DNA of 64,000 nt from Oligoflexales bacterium (lineage in GTDB: Bacteria > Bdellovibrionota_B > Oligoflexia > Oligoflexales > Bog-1112): NCBI GenBank assembly GCA_045106415.1, contig JBGCEP010000001.1:1-64000 (forward strand). The letters are read 5' to 3'. The position numbers and the translations under genes were made by a program. Below the pieces are notes generated by a model, which made no database searches, was not told where the DNA came from, and worked only from the letters and a program-made list of their open reading frames with translations. This document shows, piece by piece, positions 18,924 to 30,200 of the stretch (positions are counted from its first letter, which is position 1; the number at the start of each line of letters is the position of its first letter).

Positions 18924-19892
18924 ATGGTCCTCATGATTTTACCATACGTGCAAAGTGGTAAAAAAAATCACGCAACCGCGATCGATACGATAACTATTTG
19001 TTTATTAAGCTTTTTACTGCTCACAGGAGGTCGTCATCAACACCCTGAAGAAAACAGTTTTGAGTCTATAGACCTTGATATCACAGGCATCATTGTAACC
19101 GATCAAAAAATATGGCTTCTTCCCGATAGTAAAGCATGGGTCATAGAAACCCCTTACCAACCAACACAACCTCACAGACTTCAAAGGTTTGGTGAACTAA
19201 CCAAATCAAAAAGACACAATTTACCTAAAGACGCACACGGTATCAAACTTATAACCCACTGGGGTGAAAACCTTCTTTTAATCAACCCCAAGACACTAAC
19301 CATGCACTCCATTGATGAGAATTACCAATCCATCAGTAGCGGAACTATTGCCTGGGATACTTTGCGACCAGCTGCTGACAGTGCCGGAGAAGCAACAGAA
19401 TATGAAACACTCAAACTTAGAAAAAACTTTAGAAAAGCCGTGAAATCATCGCAGCGAGAACGGATAGCAGGAATCTGGCCTATCCAAAACACTTCCAATC
19501 AACCCCTATTCTTCATTGCTACTCGAATACAAGGGTTTCCTTTTATTATGATGGAGTGTGATCCTCATAACTTAACCAGGTGCTACTTTGCACGGTCTTG
19601 TGAAACAGACTTTCAAGGTCCCCAACAAAATTGGGATGGACTTGGTTTTGTTGAGCCAAATCAATGGTTGGTTTTTGACAAAAAAAAACAAACTATCTTA
19701 TCTTTCCGAAAGGATTCTTGTTTTCATATGCCTATAGAAAGCGAGTTCTCTATTCCAGAAGGTCACAGGAAAATGCAACATATGACCACAGATCAAAAAA
19801 ATGGTTTTTGGTTTAGTACATCCGAAAGAGATCCTTATACAAACTCGACAATCTTCTACTGGCCTTCGTTAGAATCTTTTTCAAAAAAATGA
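18924..19892 (+). CDS. Hypothetical exported beta-rich protein
   Basis: 322-aa ORF with an N-terminal hydrophobic segment; start uncertain. Confidence 0.65.
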   Translation: MVLMILPYVQSGKKNHATAIDTITICLLSFLLLTGGRHQHPEENSFESIDLDITGIIVTDQKIWLLPDSKAWVIETPYQPTQPHRLQRFGELTKSKRHNLPKDAHGIKLITHWGENLLLINPKTLTMHSIDENYQSISSGTIAWDTLRPAADSAGEATEYETLKLRKNFRKAVKSSQRERIAGIWPIQNTSNQPLFFIATRIQGFPFIMMECDPHNLTRCYFARSCETDFQGPQQNWDGLGFVEPNQWLVFDKKKQTILSFRKDSCFHMPIESEFSIPEGHRKMQHMTTDQKNGFWFSTSERDPYTNSTIFYWPSLESFSKK

Positions 19893-19929
19893 ATTTATAC
19901 CGTTCAAATAAAAAGATTTGATAAATTTT

Positions 19930-22824
19930 TTAAAACTGGCTGCCCACCGTCAGTTCAAATTGACCACGGCAATACCAATCACATTCTTTTGCTCGTGAAA
20001 AACAGATTCCTTCTTCAATACACCTTTTCGTTTGAGGTTCTTTCCAGGGCCATGCATAACCAAGGTTCACAGCACCTAACGGACTCAAAAAGTTCACAGC
20101 AACACCATATGAAAGATAATGCCGACTTAATAAATAGCCAGGTTTCCATAATAGTTCTGAAAACGAATAGTTAACATTATCTTCCATCGAATATATTCTC
20201 TCACGGTCATCACTTAAACCCACAGTTTGTGAGAGCTCTCGACCAAAACGCTCTACTTCCTGATCAGAGAAAAAGACATTCCCACTATCAAGAAAAAAAG
20301 AACTGCCCCAAAGCTCAGATAATTGAATACGGGCTTCCGTTCGAAACAACGATCTTTTGGCGCCGCCAATAACTTGTGGAATTTCATCATCAACAGGAAC
20401 AAACTCTCCTGACTCTCCTTGCTCTCTCACCTGCGTCCTAATATAAGGGCCCAATTGATGCTCAAATCCTCTTACTCGGCCGGAACCACCAGCAAACAAC
20501 CGTAATGTTGTAGGAAGAATATCAACATCACCCATCCAGTTATATGCTGAGAGCGCACCACTCACACTCCATACAAACTTTGGTAACACTTCATAAAACC
20601 ACGCAGCAGATAATGACCAGAAACCGAAACGAAAATCACTTCCCCAAGCTGGATTTGACAAACTCATTTGTGCTGACAACACACCTCCTTTTGTTGTCCA
20701 GCTAACATCATCTCTGAGGTCAAGCTTACCTCTCACTCCAATATCGGCAATTTTCGCATTTCCAGAAGAAATTGCCAAAAGCTGTTCTTTAGAGCCTCTA
20801 TCTCGCGTAATTTGATACGCATAATAAAGACCGATTTCTGAAGAGGGATCATTCAACCAAATTTTATGGTTTAAGGCCATCTCTCCTGTTGTTGAAATTT
20901 TCCAAAATTCATCAGCAACTTCTTTATGTGAAAGGGAAAGTTGGCCATCAATAGGGTAGTCCAAAAGATAGGGTTCCACGTATCCCAGACTTATTTTCTT
21001 ACCCAGAAGACTCCGACCTCGTTCATCACCTCTTTGGTCAACAACTTCTTGGTTCAGCTCTTGGCTCAATTCGCCACGCAAGCTCACCGTTCTTGCTCGC
21101 CCACCAATATTTTTATAAGTCCCTTCAAATCCGTACAACAAACCACGGCGGATATGATAACCCGGCCCGAAACGAACATCGCCAGGATCACTCTCTTGAA
21201 CCTGGATAGTGACATCTAGCTCATTAGGTTTCATCGCTAGAACGCCATAACGAGTAGGTGTAATTTGTACATAACGAAAAAGGCCTAAACCAATAAGAGC
21301 TGCCCGCGATTCTAATATATTTTCAGGGTTATAAAAATCACCACTCTTAAATCTCAATTCTCGACGCACAACACTTTCTTCTGTACGAATAAGACCTAAA
21401 ATACGAATCGAACCAACATAAACACGCACACCAGGATCAACCTTAAAAACAACAACTGTTTCAATCCGCTGCCCTCCGAACCTATGTTTTAATACTGTCG
21501 AAACCGTTGTTTTTAAATAACCAAGATTAATCAATTCTCGACGCAACTCCGTTTCTGCATCAAGTAGAGCTGTACGGTCAAGAGCACTTTGTTTTTGAAC
21601 TTTAAAATGCTTTTGTAACGGCAACCCATCAAAACCTTCTATCTTTGCGTCTTCTAAAACATAACGAGGCCCTTCATCGATTAAGATAACAACGTTAGCT
21701 GAAGCCGTATTTTCTTCTCGTGTAATACGAGGAGGTCGAATTTTCACATTCCAATAACCTTGACGTCGATAAAACTCCTTTAAAGACTCAACTCCTTCAT
21801 TAAGATCATCTCGATTTAAAGCAATACTGCTTTCCCAGACGCTTTGAAGCCCCATAACATCAATCATCTCTTTTCTTGAAAATTCAATCCCACCCTCAAA
21901 TTGAATATCACCCAATGTGTAGCGAGCCCCTAAACGGATCACAAACGTATGCCGAACAGTTTGATCGTCTGGGCGTGAAGTTTGAGGTCCCGTCACTTGA
22001 ACATCTTCATACCCTTGATTCACATAAATGCGAGTTACTTCTGATGCTATGGACTCAGGTTCAATAAGGGCTGGATCAAGCTCATTCAATGCATCATCGC
22101 GAAAAATCTGATCCACAGAAAGAGATGTTCGCTCTTGACGAAACTCCACCTCAACTCTGACACCAAGCTCGCCTTCCACTCGAACATAGCCTTTTGTTTT
22201 ATTTCTATCGAAAGACATTGGCCTTACATTCAAACGTACACGGTGATAACCCGCTGTCCTTAAATCTTGATCAAGGCGATCGACAGCACTTTGCACTTCT
22301 TTCAAATCACATAAACTTTTTTCTTTTAAAGAAAAAACTACACTATCAGGGAGTGGAAAAGGCAGAGAAATCGAGGCAATTTCACACGGAGCTCCTTCAT
22401 GGACAGTCACTTCATAATCCACAACATGGGGCTTAATCTTTTTAACAACAACACCTACTTTGACATGAGGGTACCCTAACAGTTGTAAAGCCTGGATCGC
22501 CGCACTCTGAAACTCTTCACGTACTTCATCATTTTCCACAACCCCAATAAACTGCCGCCTAACCCCTAGTAAAGATCTCCTCAAATCTCGAGTCACAGCT
22601 GTAATATGAATTTTACGGATCACAGAAGAAGGCTTTATTTCAGCAGACCATTTACCATCCTCATAATACAATTCACCAGAGCTCAAATTCTGCGATACAG
22701 CCTTTTGTCGCAAAAAAGAACTACCTTGTTGGGCATTTTGAATATGACTTTGAACTTCAGAAAAAATATTTTGAGTAAACATCAGACATAAAAGAAGAAC
22801 CCAAGTATTTTTTAGGTTATTCAA
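19930..22824 (-). CDS. tamA: Omp85 family outer-membrane protein (TamA/BamA-like, multiple POTRA domains)
   Basis: POTRA repeats (RTEESVVRREL, ESRAALIGLGLF), LFAGGSGRVRGF loop motif, C-terminal Phe; follows tamB; start estimated (ORF track 22899). Confidence 0.85.
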   Translation of the reverse strand: MNNLKNTWVLLLCLMFTQNIFSEVQSHIQNAQQGSSFLRQKAVSQNLSSGELYYEDGKWSAEIKPSSVIRKIHITAVTRDLRRSLLGVRRQFIGVVENDEVREEFQSAAIQALQLLGYPHVKVGVVVKKIKPHVVDYEVTVHEGAPCEIASISLPFPLPDSVVFSLKEKSLCDLKEVQSAVDRLDQDLRTAGYHRVRLNVRPMSFDRNKTKGYVRVEGELGVRVEVEFRQERTSLSVDQIFRDDALNELDPALIEPESIASEVTRIYVNQGYEDVQVTGPQTSRPDDQTVRHTFVIRLGARYTLGDIQFEGGIEFSRKEMIDVMGLQSVWESSIALNRDDLNEGVESLKEFYRRQGYWNVKIRPPRITREENTASANVVILIDEGPRYVLEDAKIEGFDGLPLQKHFKVQKQSALDRTALLDAETELRRELINLGYLKTTVSTVLKHRFGGQRIETVVVFKVDPGVRVYVGSIRILGLIRTEESVVRRELRFKSGDFYNPENILESRAALIGLGLFRYVQITPTRYGVLAMKPNELDVTIQVQESDPGDVRFGPGYHIRRGLLYGFEGTYKNIGGRARTVSLRGELSQELNQEVVDQRGDERGRSLLGKKISLGYVEPYLLDYPIDGQLSLSHKEVADEFWKISTTGEMALNHKIWLNDPSSEIGLYYAYQITRDRGSKEQLLAISSGNAKIADIGVRGKLDLRDDVSWTTKGGVLSAQMSLSNPAWGSDFRFGFWSLSAAWFYEVLPKFVWSVSGALSAYNWMGDVDILPTTLRLFAGGSGRVRGFEHQLGPYIRTQVREQGESGEFVPVDDEIPQVIGGAKRSLFRTEARIQLSELWGSSFFLDSGNVFFSDQEVERFGRELSQTVGLSDDRERIYSMEDNVNYSFSELLWKPGYLLSRHYLSYGVAVNFLSPLGAVNLGYAWPWKEPQTKRCIEEGICFSRAKECDWYCRGQFELTVGSQF

Positions 22825-25800
22825 ATGAAAAACGGAACCGTAAATTTGCTTCGACACTTTGTCCCGTTTGTGCATTCTCAACATCTCCACCGACATCATC
22901 TTCCGTGGTGCTATAATTCATCGATGTAGAAACACTTTCATGCAGAGGCATTTCTGCAGATACTGTCCAACCTTTTTGACCACCTCGAATCACAACATCT
23001 AAGTTCTTCGAAAGGTTGAAAGTCCCGTTTAACCGCGGGACAGGAAGACCTGCTTTATCAGGTAAAGTATCTATATACAGGTGAAAAAAGTTTTGACCTG
23101 TAAGTTCAGCAAGTGTTTCAAGTGGTTGCTCAAGTTGACTTAACACTAAGTTAAGCGCTTCACTACTAGCTGTAGATCCCACGACGCTACGCGTCCCACT
23201 TGGCAAGCTCCCCTTAGACAATAACACGATAATATCCAAAGGCGCTAAAACACTACCATCTTCTCTCGTTGGAGGGTCAGCAGTTAACTGGACATCCAAA
23301 TCTGCCACATTACCAGTTGCTGCAATTGTGACTTGATATGGAGCCACATCAGCAACAGCAATGACATCAAGCGTGGGTAATGAAGAAACAGTATCATCAA
23401 AAACAAGATCTCCGCGAATGAACTCAAATTCTCTTTTGTAGATCAACTTGCCTTTGTTAACATATACATGCCCATTTAACACCGGTTGACTATTCATTCC
23501 TTGAATCGTCAACTCTGCTGAAAGAATCATTTGTAAGTTTCTGTTCTGTACATAAATACTTTTATCTGCTTTCACAGCCACATCAAAACGGAACAATGGA
23601 TCTGCATCAACTTCATGCCCCCTTAGTCTTTGCTGTCCGACTGATTGGGCTATTTCATCCCTCAAATCAAACTGATGCGCTGTACGCCCTCTTTCCACTT
23701 GTATCTGACCTGTTACATCAAAAGGTCTTTTTCCACTAAGGTGCAGATCACCCGAAAAAGTTCCTTCAAAACTCTTAAGAACTGGCACTGTGAAAATAGC
23801 TTGCGCATGCTGAAAACTTAAATCCAAGTCACTCGAGGGGCCCTCTTCCCCTAAGTTCACACGCCCCGACGCAGTCACAAACCCTGATCCTTTGCGTGCT
23901 TTAAATGACTGTACTTGTAAAATATTTTGATCCAAAACAGCTTTAAACATGACCCCTCTAAACATCGGACGTAAAAAAGGAAGACTCAAACTGACTTCAG
24001 GATCTGTTTTTTCTGTCCAAATTACAGATCGGACCTGAAGATTTTCAAAAGGGCCAGTTAATGTCGTTTTTGCGTGAATAACTCCAGAACCACTCTCCAC
24101 ATAACGGCTCATATCAGCTACAGGAGCAAGCTCAACACGGGAGACAAGTTCAATACCAAAATGATCTGGAGGACGATGATTTGTGAGCTGAATACTGACC
24201 TGCCCCCCCGAACCCGCGATGACTAGAGGCTGATGATTCTGTGTTCTCCACCCCTGCTCAGAAAACACAATTCTCATAGGGTGTAGGTTCGTAGCTTCTA
24301 AAACTCTGTTTTCACTGCCTAGATCTCTAGCGTAATGAAGCTGTACACCTTCAACGGATAACAGCCCCTCAGAGGCCCACCACGATTTCAAGTTTCCTTT
24401 CATTTCCCAGTCTGCTGTTAGGTATGCAAAATTTCTAGGATCTTGATGAAAAGCCTCAGGAAAGCCGCTTCTCATGTCAAAACGGTCTAGCCTTACATAC
24501 CACTTGTATGGAAGGCCTGGTTCAAACAACTCCACGGCCATACGACCGTTTAAAGCTCGCCCTGCATGCTGCACCGTCAAGTCAAGGTGGCCACCTTCGA
24601 CAAACCCTGTCATTTGCCAATTTGCTGATAAAGCTCCATTTACAGCCAGCTCACTCACCTTTGCTTTCATTGTCCCTTGTAAACTTAAAAGATTCCCTTC
24701 TAAATTCACCTCAAAAGATGGCTGACCTACTAATTTCGCTTTTTTTGCAAAATCTCCCAAAAAGGGCAAACGTTCAAGCGTTGGCCCTCGACCACGACCT
24801 GAAACTTTTTTCGATTCAGCCTCAATTTTCACTTTCGAAGCAAGAGATAACCCTAATCGTTCCCACAGAGAATGATGAGGACCAAGGAAAGGTTGTAAAG
24901 TATGAGCAGGTCTTTCTAATGATACCTGACTAAAAACACCTAATGTGCCCAATTCAAAACGTAATGATTTTGAAGCCCAACCTTTTTTGGTTCCTTGAAA
25001 TTCAAAATGAAAATCGTCGCAAAAATAATTTTCTTCTGTAAAAACTTCTCGGCCTGAAGCTTCAATCTTTCCTGTCATTGCCAATGGAAAAAGTAATGGA
25101 CCCTTCACATCAAGTTTTGCTGAAACAATAGAAGCCATCACAGGCAATTCAACCCAGTGTGCAAGCCCCCTATATGTCGGTTCAGGAAGATGAAATACAT
25201 TAAGTTTTCCCGATAACCATAAATCCTTAATACGCAAAGAACCCACAGAGGAATCATAATGCCCGCTTGACCAACGACCTTTTAAATTTCTCCATGATAA
25301 AAGATCTTCTTCAAAAGAAAATTCACTCGACCAGCTTCCTAAATCTATCCCAGAAATAATAGAGTCCTGAAATTTTAAGGACCCATCAACACGAACTGGG
25401 TGCTCAACATTTCCATGCACATGAAAATCTATCTCACCAGCTCCACTCAATGGAGCTGGAAGATATGCAGCAAACAGGCCTGGTCCAAGATCTTGCATCT
25501 GAACTTTAACATCCATTTTTTTGTTATATTCTACAAGTCCATTCAACGTAAGATATGTTGAGGAATCAGGATCAGGATCATGACCCTTCGCTCCAAAGGT
25601 CTGACATTGTGCTGTCGTTTCACCAAACTGAAAAGAGGAGCTGTCTGCATGAAAATCAAGATTAACATCACACTCTGGAGCAAGCCCTAAACCAAATTTC
25701 TTAATTTCTTTAAAATCAATTTCTTTCATTTTTAAATGCGATGAAGCATATAATTCAAAAGGTTCCATTTTTCCATGAATCAAGACATCTTTGTCGTCAA

Positions 25801-26971
25801 GCTGATGAAGATTCGCGTCAAACACATGAAAATCAACCTGAAGAGCATCCATTAATGTTGACAGACGAATCCCTTGAGGGGAGGCATGAAACCGAAACTC
25901 ACCAAGACCTTTTGTTTCAATCACTCCATTTATATCAAGGGTATTCTTCCCATCTACAGAAACTTTTAATTGCCTTAGTTTTAATTCATTATCGTAAAAA
26001 GATAACCCTCCACTCACGTCATGAAGATAAAATCGGTCTAAATACGCATCACTCACATGAAATCGGCCATCAATTGTAAGTTGAGATGCTTCTTGATCTG
26101 TTGCTGTTAAAACTTCGACACGAGCATCAATTTGAGCTTGACCACGCGTGGTTCCAATATCTAACCAAGACCCTAAAATAGATAAATTGCCGACTCCACG
26201 TATATCATTTGCAATCAGAAATCCTTGATCTTTACCACCTGTTGTATGTTCTAACTTTCCTTGAACATCCAACCTTGGTGCTTTCAATTCCCACTGCCCT
26301 TTCCCTGTCCCATCATAGTGAATAAGTCCTTCTGCAGAAACGGAAGCTCCTTCCACCATCGATGCTTCTTCTGTTTGCATATGAAAATGCTCAGACCGTA
26401 AAATATACTTTAAACCCTCGGATGAAAAAGCCAGTTCTCCAGAAAGTTTTTTTGTTAAAAAAACATACCATTCTCCTTCTTTTCTGTTTTCTTTATCATG
26501 TGGAGTTTCAAAGGAGAGCTCTAAGTGATCAAGATAAATTTTATGAATAGGAAGCAGAATTGGTTTAAAAGGTTCTTCTTTTATAGCGTTTTTTGAAGAT
26601 GGTGTCTCGTTATCTTGAAGCAATGGCTTTTGATGATAGCTTACACCATCGATTGTTATATCCAAAAAATGCGGACTTCCCATCGCAAGAGCCCACCAAA
26701 CGATGGAGACAGAAGATTTTTCAATAGTGACAATTTTTTCTTTTTCAGAAAAAAGAGACAAATGCGCTACTTCAAACTTAAATGGGAAAAAACGGAAATG
26801 AATATTTTTAAATTGAACTCCTAAACCAATCTGAGGTTCAATTTCTTTGGCGACAATACCTCGAATAACCTGTTCTGTTGGTTGTGAATTCAATATAAAA
26901 TGAAAAAATGTATGCAAACCTATAATTAAGGCGCTGCCAATAAAAAATTTTTTCCATAAACCACGGTTCAT
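22817..26971 (-). CDS. tamB: TamB/DUF490 AsmA-like translocation and assembly module protein
   Basis: 1384 aa, N-terminal TM anchor, beta-rich, C-terminal ..ANLRFRFSFE; adjacent to the Omp85 gene. Confidence 0.85.
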   Translation of the reverse strand: MNRGLWKKFFIGSALIIGLHTFFHFILNSQPTEQVIRGIVAKEIEPQIGLGVQFKNIHFRFFPFKFEVAHLSLFSEKEKIVTIEKSSVSIVWWALAMGSPHFLDITIDGVSYHQKPLLQDNETPSSKNAIKEEPFKPILLPIHKIYLDHLELSFETPHDKENRKEGEWYVFLTKKLSGELAFSSEGLKYILRSEHFHMQTEEASMVEGASVSAEGLIHYDGTGKGQWELKAPRLDVQGKLEHTTGGKDQGFLIANDIRGVGNLSILGSWLDIGTTRGQAQIDARVEVLTATDQEASQLTIDGRFHVSDAYLDRFYLHDVSGGLSFYDNELKLRQLKVSVDGKNTLDINGVIETKGLGEFRFHASPQGIRLSTLMDALQVDFHVFDANLHQLDDKDVLIHGKMEPFELYASSHLKMKEIDFKEIKKFGLGLAPECDVNLDFHADSSSFQFGETTAQCQTFGAKGHDPDPDSSTYLTLNGLVEYNKKMDVKVQMQDLGPGLFAAYLPAPLSGAGEIDFHVHGNVEHPVRVDGSLKFQDSIISGIDLGSWSSEFSFEEDLLSWRNLKGRWSSGHYDSSVGSLRIKDLWLSGKLNVFHLPEPTYRGLAHWVELPVMASIVSAKLDVKGPLLFPLAMTGKIEASGREVFTEENYFCDDFHFEFQGTKKGWASKSLRFELGTLGVFSQVSLERPAHTLQPFLGPHHSLWERLGLSLASKVKIEAESKKVSGRGRGPTLERLPFLGDFAKKAKLVGQPSFEVNLEGNLLSLQGTMKAKVSELAVNGALSANWQMTGFVEGGHLDLTVQHAGRALNGRMAVELFEPGLPYKWYVRLDRFDMRSGFPEAFHQDPRNFAYLTADWEMKGNLKSWWASEGLLSVEGVQLHYARDLGSENRVLEATNLHPMRIVFSEQGWRTQNHQPLVIAGSGGQVSIQLTNHRPPDHFGIELVSRVELAPVADMSRYVESGSGVIHAKTTLTGPFENLQVRSVIWTEKTDPEVSLSLPFLRPMFRGVMFKAVLDQNILQVQSFKARKGSGFVTASGRVNLGEEGPSSDLDLSFQHAQAIFTVPVLKSFEGTFSGDLHLSGKRPFDVTGQIQVERGRTAHQFDLRDEIAQSVGQQRLRGHEVDADPLFRFDVAVKADKSIYVQNRNLQMILSAELTIQGMNSQPVLNGHVYVNKGKLIYKREFEFIRGDLVFDDTVSSLPTLDVIAVADVAPYQVTIAATGNVADLDVQLTADPPTREDGSVLAPLDIIVLLSKGSLPSGTRSVVGSTASSEALNLVLSQLEQPLETLAELTGQNFFHLYIDTLPDKAGLPVPRLNGTFNLSKNLDVVIRGGQKGWTVSAEMPLHESVSTSMNYSTTEDDVGGDVENAQTGQSVEANLRFRFSFE

Positions 26972-26974
26972 ATA

Positions 26975-27832
26975 TTAGCCACGTCCAGACGGACCTTTTT
27001 TGTTTTTCTCAAACACTTTAGCCACAGGCTCTCTTACTCTTTTTTTCTTTTTTATAGCGATACTTTGATCAATATGATCAGTAGGAATTAATTCTGGAGC
27101 CCAGACCTTCGCTTGACACATAGATCCCGTTATCAGAGCACCTTCTGCAAGTCTCATTAACGGCCCAGGAAAACCTGCTGATCTCTCAAAAAGCACCTGC
27201 ATCATATCATCGTGAATCTTAATATTTTCAAGATGAGATTGTTTTAGACACCATAATATAGCTTGTTCTACAACTTCAAGAGTCCATGGTGATAATTCAT
27301 ATTTACGATCAATCTGCTCATATGGATTTATTTGTCCAACTAACAACACAGAAAAGCTATGACCACAAAGTTCTTGAATATCTCTGAGAACATTTAAATC
27401 ATCAGATCTCTGTAAACGCTCCACACCATCCAATAGGAGCAAAAGATGTCGCCCTTCTTCATGAAGTTGCTCAATACCCTGTTGAACAATTTGTAATTGA
27501 ATATCAGGATCTCTCCAGCTTTCTTCATCACCACCAAAAAAACGGGCTAAACTCCCCATAAGCCACAAAGGGTCTGTTTCCCACCCTGTCACAATTGATA
27601 CCGACACATCCCACTCATGAGGGTAACAATGATAAATTTCACGCACAAAACTTGTTTTACCAGATCCAGATTCACCCACAACAGATATGACACGCCCAGA
27701 AACAGAAGTCCACTGTAGGATTTCATCAAATAAATTTCTTAGCTCTGAAGACCAAAAAAGGCTTCCTGGAGCACGTTCGTTTACAAAAACAGGAGATTGA
27801 GCACCCCAATATTCGTAATAACGTTTTTTCAT
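26975..27832 (-). CDS. ExeA/GspA-like AAA+ ATPase
   Basis: Walker A GESGSGKT, Walker B LLLLLD, VLLVGQ, SAGFPG; N-terminal YYEYWG..PVF. Confidence 0.75.
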   Translation of the reverse strand: MKKRYYEYWGAQSPVFVNERAPGSLFWSSELRNLFDEILQWTSVSGRVISVVGESGSGKTSFVREIYHCYPHEWDVSVSIVTGWETDPLWLMGSLARFFGGDEESWRDPDIQLQIVQQGIEQLHEEGRHLLLLLDGVERLQRSDDLNVLRDIQELCGHSFSVLLVGQINPYEQIDRKYELSPWTLEVVEQAILWCLKQSHLENIKIHDDMMQVLFERSAGFPGPLMRLAEGALITGSMCQAKVWAPELIPTDHIDQSIAIKKKKRVREPVAKVFEKNKKGPSGRG

Positions 27833-27833
27833 A

Positions 27834-28772
27834 TCATGACTTCCAGTTCCAGCTTCGTTTCATCCTTGAGTAAACACCATCTACTGCCATTAGAGATCTT
27901 TCTGCTTCTGTTGAGCGACCTTGAGCAAAAAATATTTTAGCTTGTGCGACAGCACATGATTCAGTTTGAACTCCACGATTAAGTAATGTTAAAAGTAATT
28001 CTTGCGCTTTACTCAACTCACCTAAAACTAATAAACATTGAACAAGATCAAATAAAACTGCCGTTGTATGATTAAAAGAAACAAAAGCGTTCTTAAAAAG
28101 TTTTAAAGCGACTTCAGGAGACCCAGCTTTGATGTAATGTTCTCCGAGAACAATCAAAAGACCTAAATGGCTCGGATTCTGACTGACACACTGAAGCAAT
28201 AACTTTTCGGCCGTTGCAAATTGATTTTTACGCCTTAATAAAGCAGCGTAAGGAGGAACAATAATATCCAACAATACTTGCTCTTTAATAAACTTTAAAA
28301 AAACAGCCTCAATCTGGTCATAATTGCGCGGCTTCCAATTTTGATACATCATTTGTCGCAAATTAAGGTACGGCTTTACGTCCCACATTTGAATCAAACT
28401 CTTAAATGCAGGGTGAAATCGCGCTGGAGTCAACGGCATAGGAAGCACAACCCCTGAACTTAACATCGACTTTAAAGCTTTTTCTTCAAATATATGGTGT
28501 TGAAGAAAAAAAGCTAAAACTGGAAGAGTTCTTCCAAATGGGTCTGACAACAACCTTCTGGCAATATAACTCGCTGGAAGCTCAATCTGATCTAGAATAA
28601 TAACAAGAGAAACCTCCCCCATACGGGCCAGACGAGAAACCTCAGTAACGGAATCGGTCACACTATGCACAGACCAACCCATAGGCCTAAGAAGCTCTCT
28701 TAAAAGCATATAAGAACTTGAATTATGACTCACCAAGACAGCTGAAGGAGCTGACCATGTCGACGGATTCAT
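27834..28772 (-). CDS. TPR protein with degenerate N-terminal receiver-like domain
   Basis: N-terminal REC-like pattern (LRELLRPMGW, VIILD, PVLAF, MPLT); C-terminal TPR helices (AEKLL..NP..LGEHY..ALKLF). Confidence 0.65.
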   Translation of the reverse strand: MNPSTWSAPSAVLVSHNSSSYMLLRELLRPMGWSVHSVTDSVTEVSRLARMGEVSLVIILDQIELPASYIARRLLSDPFGRTLPVLAFFLQHHIFEEKALKSMLSSGVVLPMPLTPARFHPAFKSLIQMWDVKPYLNLRQMMYQNWKPRNYDQIEAVFLKFIKEQVLLDIIVPPYAALLRRKNQFATAEKLLLQCVSQNPSHLGLLIVLGEHYIKAGSPEVALKLFKNAFVSFNHTTAVLFDLVQCLLVLGELSKAQELLLTLLNRGVQTESCAVAQAKIFFAQGRSTEAERSLMAVDGVYSRMKRSWNWKS

Positions 28773-28864
28773 ATCCCCACCTAGATATTCTCTCCGTGAA
28801 TCGTAACATCACAAGACCTTTACCGCGTTCGGCAAATATCGTTACATAGAGGTTTAATCTTTCA

Positions 28865-30004
28865 TTAAAGTTTCTCAAAGAGCTCAATCGCTTCTGTGAC
28901 AGCTTGAAAAGAACCACAAACTGCAAATTCTTTAATTCCTTGCCTCTCGAGCAGAGCCCACTGCTCAGAAAAATTTGCCTTATAGTTTTTTCGGGTGCAA
29001 CGTGCAGACCGCGTTGAAAATGGCAATAAAAATGATGCCACTTGTTTTAACGATTCTAAAATTCCTGCTTCATCTTTATCATCTAAAATCGAATATAGCA
29101 CAGGGATTTTATGTGTTTTATTTTTTAAATAATCAGCAAACACCTTAGCTGCAGCAGGATTATGACAAACATCAATCCAAATTTTTCTTCCATTCCTTTG
29201 AAGTTTCTCACACCTTCCACGATAAAAACTAGCAGATGTCGATGCTTCAAATTGATCAGAACACACTGTATAACCCAATAGTTCAACAGCATGACAAGCC
29301 AAATCATAACTTTTTTGCAGATGCACAGGAAGCGTTAAAACAGAAGGTGGTTTTAAATATACGTCTGTATGAATCAAATCAAAACCAATACGGCGTCTTT
29401 CTTGCTCAAGCACTTCATTAAGCTCAGCCTTTTTTTCACCCCACAAAAGTGGTTTTTCAAGGCGTGCAATTCCAAGCTTTTCTTTTGCAATATCAGCAAT
29501 ATGATTCCCTAACCATTCTTGATGATCTAAATCGATCGAAGTCACTATTGATATATCTGCATCTAAAGCGTTTGTCGCATCAAGCCTCCCCCCTAACCCC
29601 ACTTCCCACACAACGACTTCACAGCCACTATTTTTAAATAACCCCATACCAATAAGTACAGAAACTTCGAAAAAAGAAAGTTCTTCATAAACATGATCTG
29701 GAAGAGATTTTTTAAGTTCTTTCCACACATTCTCGACTTCTGAAATCGTAATCACCTCATTATTCACTTGAAATCGTTCCGAAAAACATGACAAATGAGG
29801 TGAAGTGAAAATTCCTATCCGAGCCTGAGACTGTAGTAATTTCCATAAGTAAGAGACAACAGTTCCTTTACCATTCGTACCTGCTACTAATATATTTATA
29901 TGCTCATTAGGTTTCCACCATTTTAGCGCTTCACGCACAGTTTCTATCCCTGGGCGTATATGCGTTGAACGTTTTGAAAAAAGATCTTCGACCCATGAAG
30001 ACAT
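28865..30004 (-). CDS. folC: Folylpolyglutamate synthase/dihydrofolate synthase
   Basis: VAGTNGKGT, FTSPHL, EVGLGGRLDATN, IDLDHQEWLG, DVCHNP. Confidence 0.93.
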   Translation of the reverse strand: MSSWVEDLFSKRSTHIRPGIETVREALKWWKPNEHINILVAGTNGKGTVVSYLWKLLQSQARIGIFTSPHLSCFSERFQVNNEVITISEVENVWKELKKSLPDHVYEELSFFEVSVLIGMGLFKNSGCEVVVWEVGLGGRLDATNALDADISIVTSIDLDHQEWLGNHIADIAKEKLGIARLEKPLLWGEKKAELNEVLEQERRRIGFDLIHTDVYLKPPSVLTLPVHLQKSYDLACHAVELLGYTVCSDQFEASTSASFYRGRCEKLQRNGRKIWIDVCHNPAAAKVFADYLKNKTHKIPVLYSILDDKDEAGILESLKQVASFLLPFSTRSARCTRKNYKANFSEQWALLERQGIKEFAVCGSFQAVTEAIELFEKL

Positions 30005-30200
30005 CTCACACCTCACCAGTTAAGATGCCATTCTTTTAACAAAAACAAAAAGAACCGGATAGTTTCTTATGACGAATTTAAAAAAACATAAACTCTATTC
30101 TACTTGTACAGGAAAACTCTCAAGGTACATTAGCATCCATTTTCTCAGAGGATCTGGAACTTGATCATGACTATTTGGCATAAGAGAACCATTGCACATA

